Shown one piece after another: positions 51,371-62,412 of a stretch of 64,000 nucleotides of DNA. Position 1 is the first letter of the stretch. The number at the start of each line of letters is the position of its first letter. Position numbers and translations under genes: made by a program. The stretch lies in NCBI RefSeq assembly GCF_023055435.1, contig NW_025964223.1, positions 58,466,001-58,530,000 on the forward strand. Reading direction: 5' to 3'. The notes under the pieces were generated by a model, which did no database searches, was not told the origin of the DNA, and was given only the letters and a program-made list of their open reading frames with translations. This stretch comes from Haliotis rufescens (Eukaryota).

Positions 51371-51979
51371 TACTTGCCCGTGAAGAGATCACCCGTTTAA
51401 TAAACATACAGCTGTATTACACATTGTGTAATACCAAAACGTGTGCTTATGTACTCTCGGAACACGTTTCACGAACAAATATTAAAAGCTCTCAACATCC
51501 CTTGGCTTATTCAACGACATTGCGTGTGGAGATGATAGATCACTGAGAGGAGCTTATGCACACTGGATGACCCCAGCAACCTTGTTGCTAGGTTGACGTC
51601 ACATGGCATTGTTTCGCCGAAGGATCTTGCAACAAAATTCCACAAATTACGTCATCGGGTATTGTGACGTGATTGTAAACTTTGAGGTGCAAGGCCCCGT
51701 TCCACAAGGCGATCGTACGGTAGCGCGACGACATTCGTTGGTCAAAGTTAAAGTATATGAGTTGCGATAACCTTAACGCTACGATAATTTTGTGGAACGG
51801 ACGCCTGAATTCTAAAGGTGGACCCTTGGATGGTATTAAATTCAAACGTTTCAACTTTTGACGTATTTGAAGTATTACTGTCTTAAACTCAGTTTGATTA
51901 TGCCGTGGATCGTGTAGGTGTCAGCCTATTCACACTCAACAGTATAATTCTAAAAACGTTATAAATGGCCAGTAATAAA

Positions 51980-52127
51980 TAAAATACTAAACTCGCTCCC
52001 GTGTAAAACCAATTTTATGAAACTCGTGAATAGTAATGGTATCTGACTCGCTTTCGCTCGTCAGATACCAGACCTATTCACTCGTTTCATAAAATTGGTA
52101 TTACACGGGAGCTCGTTTAGTATTCTA
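51980..52127. mobile_element. Fold-back palindromic element (about 150 bp)
   Basis: Nearly complete hairpin with the same CTCG spacing as 51211-51370. Confidence 0.8.
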
Positions 52128-52747
52128 TATATCCTGAACAGCTGGCTGGAAGAAAAAAATCACATCATACAGCTATCGCACAGTTTATACCACTCCACTG
52201 TTAATAGGGCTATTGAGACATTTCATACATACAAACATGTCCTTGTGATAAATATTTAGATTGACGTATCCTCGAATAATGAGAATACCCATATCTAAAG
52301 TTTGTTATTATTTATCATCCAAATCATCCACGTAAGATATTGCGTGAGTGACATTAAGTGAGGCGATAGCCCTACATTGACATTAACTCACAATACTTTG
52401 CAGAACAACGTGACGTCATAAGTCACCATGACGTCACAATCAAATAACTTTTTATTTTTAATTTTACACGATATAGGGCTTTTTCCATTGGATGAGAGAT
52501 AGGTCACATGACCGCGAAATTGACGTTCATATGTGTATTCAATTTGACTACTGCCACATTCCTGGGGAAACCCTGGGAATTCCCTAGCACGAATACATAC
52601 AAAAGCGTAGCCACGAGTGAAAATATCTCCTTTTACCCCGTCACGAGATAAGAGAAACATGATATTTCACGAGACATATCCTATTTATAATACATTTTTT
52701 TTGTGTAGGTGTCAACCGGAAAATTAAATTATTTCAATAAAAACGAG

Positions 52748-53054
52748 ACCGCCTCCGTGGGCTAGTGGTAGAGCGTCCGCCCGGAGAGCGGAAGGTCCGG
52801 GGTTCGATCCTCGGCCGCGTCATACCAAAAGACGTTAAAAGATGGTACTTGTTGTTACCCTGTCTGGCCCTCGGCATTAGGGGCTAAAACAAGGACTGGT
52901 CGGCTCGGAGTCATTATACTGTGTGCTAGCACTATAAATCGGCATCAGTCCGGACTAGTACAAGCAGCCACACAAACACACACACGTACATGCACGTCGC
53001 TATATAAGCGCAATAATCTTGGACGCGACGTAAAACCCCATTTCACCTCACCTC
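52748..53054 (+). mobile_element. SINE family D
   Basis: Full head; TSD tcaataaaaacga. Confidence 0.88.
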
Positions 53055-54133
53055 ATCAATAAAAACGAAAAATCTTGAAGCGTAAATTCTCCAAACCTAA
53101 CACACAGGGACAGGTCATCACCCCTTGTGTCTGCGACTTAAAAGTAGTTTTGTGTTTGCAAAATCTTAAACAATATAAGCAAAAGTATTAAAAAAATGTA
53201 AAGGGTCATGAACATTCTTTATCATGCATTTAGATATGATTATATACAAAATCAACTTTAACAAAAATAATTCCTTAAAACTAGGAGACCGCTGTTGGAA
53301 GCGAAAGAATACACGCTGCTCAAGTGACAATAATGGCGCTTTGCGAAACGAACAGTCTCGAGTTAGAAATTAGAAATTTACAGTTTATAACGGAACATTT
53401 TCGAGAGAATAACAAACGGCAAGAAGTGATATTAACTCCATACATGACAATCTGTCAGTATTTTTGCCTTGTCGGTGTGGAACTAACGTAAAAAGGAAGA
53501 CAACAGTTTGTGTACGGGCGCGACACTTACGATAAAGCGAGACAAGTGTTATGTTCACTGCTATGAAAATGTCACTTTTCTCAACTTCAGAAAACTCAGT
53601 CTTTCACACTGAAGTGTATAATAAACCTGTACACTGGCCATTACTGTATATAAGATAGCTACGCTATAAATCACAAAAAATTAGGAAGAATGAAGCGTGG
53701 TTTATTTCACGATAAAACATTATTCTATCACAACACAATTTCTGGAGATTCGCACATGCACTCACAACTTGAGAGGAGGTGTCTGGTGAGTTGTTTCCCA
53801 TAGATGTAGCTGGGCAACGTAGATAAACGCGATAGTCGAACAATTGCATCAAAAAGCGGGAGAGATATGACAATCGGTATTGGGAGAAAAGGTACAGGTA
53901 ATCGACGTGAGTATTGTGAGAATATGCGGGAAATACCCACCTGTTCACGAAATGGACTTGTCCGACATTGCTGAAGTTGGAGTCTATTTAGAGAGTCACC
54001 ATTATTTAAATACGGGTAAATCTTATAAATAAGCGACTCGTGGTAGTTGTTAATCGTACAATAAAACACTGCAGGGAGACTAAACCATGAGGGGCGCACG
54101 AGCTTTTTTCTTTTCCTTAATTACAAACAGATG

Positions 54134-54254
54134 ATAAATAGAATCTCGCTCTCGTGTCTTTTGATATCAAATATATGGATAAAAGTTTAAAACTCCACTC
54201 CTTGTGTTGACACTATTTGGTATGAAGAAACACTGAGGTGAGATTTTCTATTTA
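54134..54254. mobile_element. Degenerate fold-back element related to 51211-51370
   Basis: ataaatagaatctc..ctcgtgtctttt ... gagattttctattta. Confidence 0.55.
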
Positions 54255-55039
54255 ACTAAGTCGCGTATCTTATAGGGACAAAAACGCTTTCCTCAGGCAC
54301 GTTGAACTATTCTGAGATGAGAAGAACCTGTCAGCTACACCCAGCGTTTGTTCAGACAACACTCCGTGCATTGAAACAATCGCGCTGGTTAATAACAAAG
54401 CTATGTCCGGCAATTATACAAAGAAATCGTTAAATGCCACATGACATATGATATAAACATCATATAAATACAACAATATCACACCTTGCAGTTCAAGTAG
54501 TCCCGGGTCCTTGCTTATCTAACGCCTAACACTGCAATTACAAATCATTCACTGCACCGGTCGACCCGGATATTACCATAGAAGGCATCAATTGCCACGA
54601 CACCGGAATCTTTCTGTGACTTACTGCGTGCTAAGTGGAATGACGATGCAGATCAGGAATAAGTCATTATGCGTTGCCTCGTATTATGTACTAAAGATCG
54701 TGTTTGTGTATGATTGCAGTGCCAACTGTAACACCGCGTGACCGATAGTTAATGCCGATACAGAAACCAGCTCCATATGTTGACCTCGTGTGATCTCCGT
54801 TATGAAACGCCCAAGGGCACATTACCCCATACCGCACACATTAAAGCCACTTAGTACCACTATTGACCGTTTGCCGGAGAAATCTTGGAACAAATGACGG
54901 CAACAAGTGTGTAGATTTAATAATACATATATAACGACAGGGCATGACCGGGGTGTTGACAGGTCATTCCTACACGGGTACCTGGTCATGGAATCACCGG
55001 CATCTACCCGATGGAAACAAAATGGGGTGGGCACCCTTG

Positions 55040-56095
55040 CTATATCCCGTTATAGCGGGTGGGTTTCTAGCTACACCCTCTATATCCCGTCACACGGGGT
55101 GGGTTTCTAGCTACTCCTCTATATCCCGTCAAATGGGGTGGGGTTCTAGCTACGCCCGCTATATCCCGTCACATGGGGTAGTTCCAGCTACCCCTCTATA
55201 TCCCGTCACACGGGGTGGGGTTCTAGCTACGCCCGCTATATCCCGTCACATGGGGTAGTTCCAGCTACCCCTCTATATCCCGTCACATGGGGTGGTGTTC
55301 TAGCTCCCCCTCTATATCGCGTCACATGGGGTGGGGTTCTAGCTACCCCTCTATATCGCGTCACATGGGGTGGGGTTCTAGCTACCCCTCTATATCCCGT
55401 CACATGGGGTGGAGTTCTAAATCCCCCTCTATATCGCGTCACATGGGGTGGGGTTCTAGCTACCCCTCTATATCCCGTCACACGGGGTGGGGTTCTAGCT
55501 ACTCCTCTATATCCCGTCACATGGGGTGGGGTTCTAAATCCCCCTCTATATCGCGTCACATGGGGTGGGGTTCTAAATCCCCCTCTATATCGCGTCACAT
55601 GGGGTGGGGTTCTAGCTACCCCTCTATATCCCGTCACATGGGGTGGGGTTCTAAATCCCCCTCTATATCGCGTCACATGGGGTGGGGTTCTAGCTACCCC
55701 TCTATATCCCGTCACACGGGGTGGGGTTCTAGCTACTCCTCTATATCCCGTCACATGGGGTGGGGTTCTAAATCCCCCTCTATATCGCGTCACATGGGGT
55801 GGGGTTCTAAATCCCCCTCTATATCGCGTCACATGGGGTGGGGTTCTAGCTACCCCTCTATATCCCGTCACATGGGGTGGGGTTCTAAATCCCCCTCTAT
55901 ATCGCGTCACATGGGGTGGGGTTCTAAATCCCCCTCTATATCCCGTCACATGGGGTGGGGTTCTAAATCCCCCTCTATATCGCGTCACATGGGGTGGGGT
56001 TCTAAATCCCCCTCTATATCGCGTCACATGGGGTGGGGTTCTAAATCCCCCTCTATATCGCGTCACATGGGGTGGGGCTCTAGCTACTCCTCTAT
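55040..56095. repeat. 39-bp minisatellite, about 27 copies
   Basis: ctatatcccgtcacatggggtggggttctagctacccct. Confidence 0.96.
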
Positions 56096-56319
56096 GTCCC
56101 TCTATATATCTAGCAACACAAGACAACACCGAATACATACAGAAAGTAAGGAACGTGGGAACACAAACAACTAAATGTTTCAAAGAGCAAACTTCTGCAC
56201 AAAATACAACACATTTACATTTACACAACAGAATTACCAAAGGTCATGACGTCATAAACCCAGGTCAGCGAGCAGTTCCATGTGGAATATACAACCCAAG
56301 CGGCAGAACTCCTGTAACT

Positions 56320-56588
56320 TTTGTTTGTTAGTTTCTTGTTTAACGCCGCACTCAGCAATATTCCAGCTATGTGACCGCGGTCTGTAAATAATCGAGTATG
56401 GACCAGACAGTCAAGTAATTGACATCATGAGCACCGATCCACACCATTGGGAAACGGTGACATGCATCAACCAAGTCAGCGAGCCTGACCACCCGATCCC
56501 GTTAGTCGCCTCCTACAACAAGCATAGTCGCCTTTTACGGCAAGCATGGGTTGTTGAAGACCTATCCTACCCCGGATCTTCATGGGTC
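56320..56588 (-). mobile_element. SINE-like family B
   Basis: Starts GACCCATGAAG; flanking tgtaac-tttgtt duplication. Confidence 0.87.
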
Positions 56589-57096
56589 TGTAACCTTTGT
56601 TGGACAGCATTGTCGGTCTCTCCGTGTTTTTGTTTAGTCATTTCTCTTGTACATTCTCACGGGAACTCAACCTTGTTGGTAACTACATACTGTATTGTAC
56701 TGTACTGTACTGTACTGTACTGTACTGTACTGTACTGTGGGCTTTAAAAGAGATAGTCATTGTTAGAAAATGAACAATTAAACACTCAGATATGAATTTC
56801 ATATAAACATTTGTGACAAAATATAGGTAATTAAGCATGTGACTTCGATGAGTGATAGTCTCGGCAGGCCTGGGGTAGCTGTCATGCAGGGAATACCGCT
56901 GACCATGACGGTACATGAATGTGACTGTTGGCTCACGTTCCTTCACATGTGATCTATGACGTCATAATAGGTACAGTGCTTATGCAACAGAAACAAGTTA
57001 TACCCCTGTGTCATGGTGTGAAAATAATGTATGCCTGGTCACATCACGTCGTGTGTTATATTGCGACGTCATAATAGTTAATAATAATGTGATAAT

Positions 57097-57420
57097 GTGA
57101 GGCGAAATTTGGTTTAACGTCACGCTCAATATTATTGCACTTATATGGCATATATAGTGTTGTGTGCTGTACAAGGGGGAGCTGTGTGTACTAATCCGGA
57201 CTAATGTCGGTTAATAGAGCTTAATCACTGCGATACCATGCCGCAGTTTAACAAGGATACGATAATACCCCACTCAGAAGTCTTGTTTTATACCCCAAAT
57301 GTCGAGCGCCAGGCAGAGTAACAACAAGTACAATCTTTAAACCTCTTTTGGTATGACGTGACTGGGGATCGAACCACCGAATTCCGCTATCCGGGCTGAC
57401 ACCAAAGCACGGACGCGGTC
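57097..57420 (-). mobile_element. SINE family D (diverged)
   Basis: Reverse-complement match to family D. Confidence 0.65.
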
Positions 57421-57543
57421 AGTGTGATAATAAAATTGAAATAGGTGATAATCATTAGTATTGGTTCAGAGGAGAGGAAATATTTGGTCTCTTGACGTCA
57501 ATTCTCATTTAGCTAATGTTATGTCTCACCATTTGCATTCATT

Positions 57544-57781
57544 CCGCTGTGCAGAGTTGTGTCCCTTGGCTACGCCAGAAACCAATGAGTGTGGGTTCGA
57601 ATCCAGGTTCGCCCCGATTATGTTTCTAGGTTTGTCAGCACCATATCCGTGCTCGTGGGTTTCACCGAAGTGGTAAAGGTCTAAGACTTGAATCTTCAGG
57701 CTTTCCTCCCACAATAAGCTGACACGCTGTGATATAACTATAATACTGTTAAAAGCGGCGCTAAACCAAACTCACTCACTC
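57544..57781 (+). mobile_element. SINE family C, 5'-truncated
   Basis: Consensus match. Confidence 0.83.
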
Positions 57782-57793
57782 ATTTGTTCGTGT

Positions 57794-58017
57794 AGAGAAT
57801 AGGTCTTCAGCAACCCATGCTTGTCGTAAGAGGCGACTAAAGGGATCGGCTGGTCAGTCTCGCTGACTTTGTTGATGCATGTCATCGTATCCCAGTTGCG
57901 TGGATCGGTGCTCTAATGTCAATAACTGGATTGTCTGGTTCTGACTAGATAATTTACAGACCGCCGTCTTATAGCTGTAATATTACTGTGTGCGGCGTTA
58001 ACCAACAAACAAACAAA
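57794..58017 (+). mobile_element. SINE-like family B, slightly 5'-truncated
   Basis: TSD ttgttcgtgt. Confidence 0.85.
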
Positions 58018-58416
58018 TCTTGTTCGTGTGACCTGTTCTATACTGAGTATAATGGGTGTATCCATACTTCACTCCAACAGCTGCTGTCAGCTGAAGGCTT
58101 ATCAGTACGCTAGACTAACCACATCGAGTGTTACGTACAATAGTTGTTCCTGGCATGTCTAAACATCTATCAGTCTACCCAATGCAGTGTATACAGTCTA
58201 GTCACGGCCCGTACACGCTCTGTGCTCATCCAATGAAACACAAGTAATCAGAGCGGAACCGTTTTCTAAAGAAGATAAAACAAAAAAAATTGGAATGATC
58301 TCGAACATTTAATACTCTATCAATCAAATACCTTTATTGGAAAAAGGCATATCCATGGATGGGGAATCAAAGGAATCAAACCGAACATAGAACCTGAATA
58401 TAAAAAAGAAAAAAAA

Positions 58417-58477
58417 GATAAATCTACATAACGTACATAGGTCATTTTCAGTACAAATGGATATATATGTATCAAAT

Positions 58478-58539
<62 letters not shown>

Positions 58540-58606
58540 AAATGGATAGATATATATATTATCCATTTGTACTGAAAATGACCTATGTACGTTATGTAGA
58601 TTTATC
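58417..58606. repeat. Perfect 47-bp inverted repeat flanking (TA)n
   Basis: 58417-58463 is the exact reverse complement of 58560-58606. Confidence 0.93.
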
Positions 58607-58750
58607 GTTTTGGTTGTTTTTTTGTTCAACGCCGCACAATATGCCCGATATATGACGTTAGCCTGTGTATAATGGAATCTGTACCAGACAATCCAGTGAT
58701 TGATACGCGTATCGACCCACGTTACGATGACACAAAATCAAGGAAGTCAC

Positions 58751-58953
58751 GGAGTCTCAGCCCGATCCATTAAGTCGCCATCACGCCACCATAGGTACCT
58801 GGAGTCTCAGCCCGATCCATTAAGTCGCCATCACGGCCACCATAGGTACCTGGAGTCTCACCCCGATCCATTAAGTCGCCATCACGGCCACCATAGGTAC
58901 CTGGAGTCTCACCCCGATCCATTAAGTCGCCATCACGGCCACCATAGGTACCT
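58751..58953. repeat. About 51-bp tandem repeat x4
   Basis: ggagtctcaccccgatccattaagtcgccatcacggccaccataggtacct. Confidence 0.9.
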
Positions 58954-60183
58954 GGCCACCTAGACTGGGACATCAAACTAACGGGCAAAACATTTTAGTT
59001 GATTTTATCATGTTATAATACGCATAAATTGCATAATACACAGCTGTGGATGTGTATCTTAGAAATCGTATCTTTGGCATCAATAAATTCCCTTTTTTTC
59101 TGCGCAAATTTACAACATTTCAAACATGGTATGGGTCATGTGGTTGCAAATTCATTTCTCACCCTAGACTTCACTGACCTAATTAATTGTACGCAAAACT
59201 ACCCAGCCAATGATTACTTGTTTACAAACTGTTGCGGGAGTGAGGGATGGTTATACTGTAGTCTTGCACCATGACTGTGGAAGATATTTATTTTATGAAA
59301 AAAACACAATCTAGAAACGTATACAAAGCAAGTCTAGGCAGCTCTAGATAGCTCTATGACTAACTCAATGGTAGTCTCGTTACACTGGTTTAATCAAATT
59401 TAACGACAGTGCTTTCAATTTTCAATAACAAAAACACAAGTCGGTATACATACTTTTACCCATCAGTTTAAAACCGGGTAATGATTCGGCACCATATTAA
59501 AAACACGCATGAATACGTATCAGATATTCATGTACCTACATGACTGTAGAAACATCAATTTGATAAAATAGCAAGTGCGTCTGTCTAACTAAAATATATA
59601 TGACCCACAAGATGTTGAGGACCCCCCGATTCACTCAGATAACTATAGTTACTGTCATGGCACTTGGTCTTTGACTAGTTCTTTTAGTAGTATATATGCA
59701 GGTTCGAGATACCAAGAGACAAGACTCTTGCCAGAACTGACTAATCCAGACACCTGTCTAAACCGGACTAATATCATCAGTTCCACAAGACCAAATTAGA
59801 CAAGTTTAACTATATAAACGAGTGATTTGGGAGGGAAATTTCGCTTATAGCTACATATTTATTTAGAATTGATGCTTAATTTTGCATTGTCGTCTTTAAA
59901 ATGACAACTTATTTATGTACCTTAAATAATTACAAGGCTACATAACGGAACCCGTGAAGGAATATTGATAAATGCAACTTAAATAACCTCCACTAAAAGC
60001 CACACCCCAAACTCGTATAATACATTGATAAATATACTCAAATGACACCTGCATAGGGTGATTGGTGTGTGAAATTCTTTGAGATTTTTTTGAATTGCAT
60101 ATTTTCCAATCTTAAGAATATATGTTTCAGCAAAACTGCATATTCATACCTTCGGTGGATTTTCCTTAAGCAAATACACCCAG

Positions 60184-60285
60184 CACGTGACATTGAGTTA
60201 ACGCCACCTCCTCAACAGGGCCTCAAGTAACCCGGATGCTCTATGACGTCACCGTATTGTTGTGACCCAGCGCTCTGCTATAAAA
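60184..60285 (+). promoter_or_regulatory. Ferritin B proximal promoter: E-box, CRE, ARE-like, TATA
   Basis: CACGTGAC 60184-60191; TGACGTCA 60244-60251; GTGACCCAGC (RTGACnnnGC) 60262-60271; TATAAAA 60279-60285. Confidence 0.65.
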
Positions 60286-60314
60286 GCGGGGTCGCGCGGA
60301 GTGTTCAGCAGATG

Positions 60315-60348
60315 TTTGTCTTGCTGCGTCAGTGAACGTACGGGCAAA
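60315..60348 (+). promoter_or_regulatory. Canonical ferritin IRE in ferritin B 5' UTR
   Basis: tttgtct-TGC-tgcgt-CAGTGA-acgta-C-gggcaaa: CAGUGN loop and UGC/C internal loop typical of ferritin IREs. Confidence 0.93.
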
Positions 60349-60427
60349 ATCGACGCTATCAAAAGCACTTCTTCAACACCCATTTAATCTCATTTATTCC
60401 CAGTTGTCAGTCCGAGAATCTAGCAAG

Positions 60428-60532
60428 ATGGCCCAAACTCAACCCCGCCAGAACTTCCACTGCGAGAGCGAAGCCGGCATCAACCGCCAGATCAATATGG
60501 AGCTGTACGCCAGCTATACCTACCAGTCAATT
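60428..60532 (+). CDS. Ferritin B (canonical soma/H-type) exon 1; gene continues beyond window
   Basis: [35 protein letters not shown] with ferroxidase ligands E25 and Y32 intact; donor GTAAGT at 60533; no ferritin exon 2 seen before 64000. Confidence 0.95.
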
Positions 60533-61611
60533 GTAAGTATATAATGCGCATTAATGGCTGGACTGTTTCCGATGTTAATCCAGGGTAATTTGGGCAGGAC
60601 TAAAGTTGTTTTGCCAAGATCTGTATTTCGAACCCATATTTATGCTTGATGACATTCACTGATTCAGATCCATGGTATGGCATACCTGTGACACGTTGTA
60701 TGTGGGAACATGAATTTGCGTAATTGTTCATTTATAAGCGACTGTTGAGAATTCGGAAATGGTATGGCGTTAGCGATTTTACATTTGGTGATTGGAGGTA
60801 GTTGACAGACTGTCTGGAGGAAGGTGTTGGGACGAGGATGTGTAAAACTTGCTGATAGTGTGTCGATCTTTGCAGGAACACTTTTAGATGACTAATATGT
60901 TGACACGTATACAAACATATCCTGACAAAATGTGATACGTCCGGCATATTTCTGGTCAAGTCCTATTGACTGACAAATAGTTTACGAAACTGAACCCGGT
61001 GGTGATATGTTTACAACCTTTAGAGAAGGGGGGAAGGTCACTGATCACGTGATCAAGCTTGTTCACCTCACGAGGCAGAACACGTGACTTTCCATGATCG
61101 TGCAAAATCTGGTGTAGTGCCGTTGTGTACGTGTTTTGCATTCTTTGTATTCGTGTACACGATTTTCACGGATCAATGACTACTGACAATACAGTATACT
61201 CGTGACGCATAGAAACGTCATTCTTGCTGTATCCTCTTACTAAATAGATAAATGTAATAATTCTATATCAGTTATTGAAATGTCCCAGGTGAGAATGGTC
61301 AGCCTGTTACTGGAGGAAGAATGAATCACCACATTGCATTGCGCCCATGGTCGTGTTTAGCTCTGGTAAAAAAAATAAATCGGTTGACGCAGTGACAGGG
61401 ATGATTCATAGCGTGATGAGCTGGAACACATCCTCGTCGTCATCCGTTCTCTCACACATCTCCTAACACACTGTTTCACACATCACACACTATGTCACAC
61501 ACATTACACATTATCGCACACAAGACATCCTCAAACAATGTCTCCAAACTTTTGGGCACATAATATATTTATACCGCAGTTATCCAGGTACTAGTATCTG
61601 CTGAAATGTGG

Positions 61612-61782
61612 TTTTATTTGTTCCTCGACCAGTGGATCCGTCCGTTTCCATTCCAGTTATCATTCTCAACTCACTGGGGAGTATATAGCCCAAGCTGCTA
61701 AGGGGCGCAAGAAGGTTTTCACACCCACCTCACATATCGGGTACCCATTCCCTGCTGGGTGAATAGAGGCGCATATGAACTA
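61612..61782 (-). mobile_element. SINE family E fragment in ferritin B intron 1
   Basis: Reverse complement of 13630-13776. Confidence 0.6.
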
Positions 61783-62240
61783 TCCTCATACATTATCGCC
61801 CATATCACACACATCACCTTATCACACACTATCTCATATATCACACATATGACACACAGCACACACTATCTCACATATGACCTCACACAGTATATCGCAT
61901 ATCACAAACCACATCCTCACTCACAATCACCAATAGGGTATTATGTCATGATAATGGGCCGCCCAATATTGCAGAATTATGTTATACCTCAACTCCAACA
62001 GCTGGTCACACTTGCACACAACGACTCCTGTACTAACTAACAAGATGGACGATCTGTTATCGCTAAGTGAAGACCAAGTCAGGATGAATACGAACTACAT
62101 CGTGACCTACATCAATACATCAAACAAGATCACTGAGCTACGTTAATATCTTCAGTCAGTAGGTGTGGCAGACGGTGTATAAAATACGTAATCTGGTCAG
62201 GTCGATAGACAGATCGTCTCTCCTGTAATCAGAGCGTGGA

Positions 62241-62412
62241 CAGGCTCGCTGACTTGCTTGATGCATGTCATCGTATCCTAATTGCTTGGATCGATGCTCA
62301 TGATGTCAGTCACTGGATTGTCTGGTCCAGACTCGATTATTTACAGGCCCCCGCCATGTAGCCGGAATATTGCTGAGTGCGGCGCTAAGCAACAAACAAT
62401 CAATCAATCAAT
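62241..62412 (+). mobile_element. SINE-like family B, 5'-truncated, in ferritin B intron 1
   Basis: 3' half match. Confidence 0.8.

Noticed and set aside
55236-56240. 334-aa and 295-aa repeat ORFs
   Set aside because: 39-bp minisatellite open on both strands.
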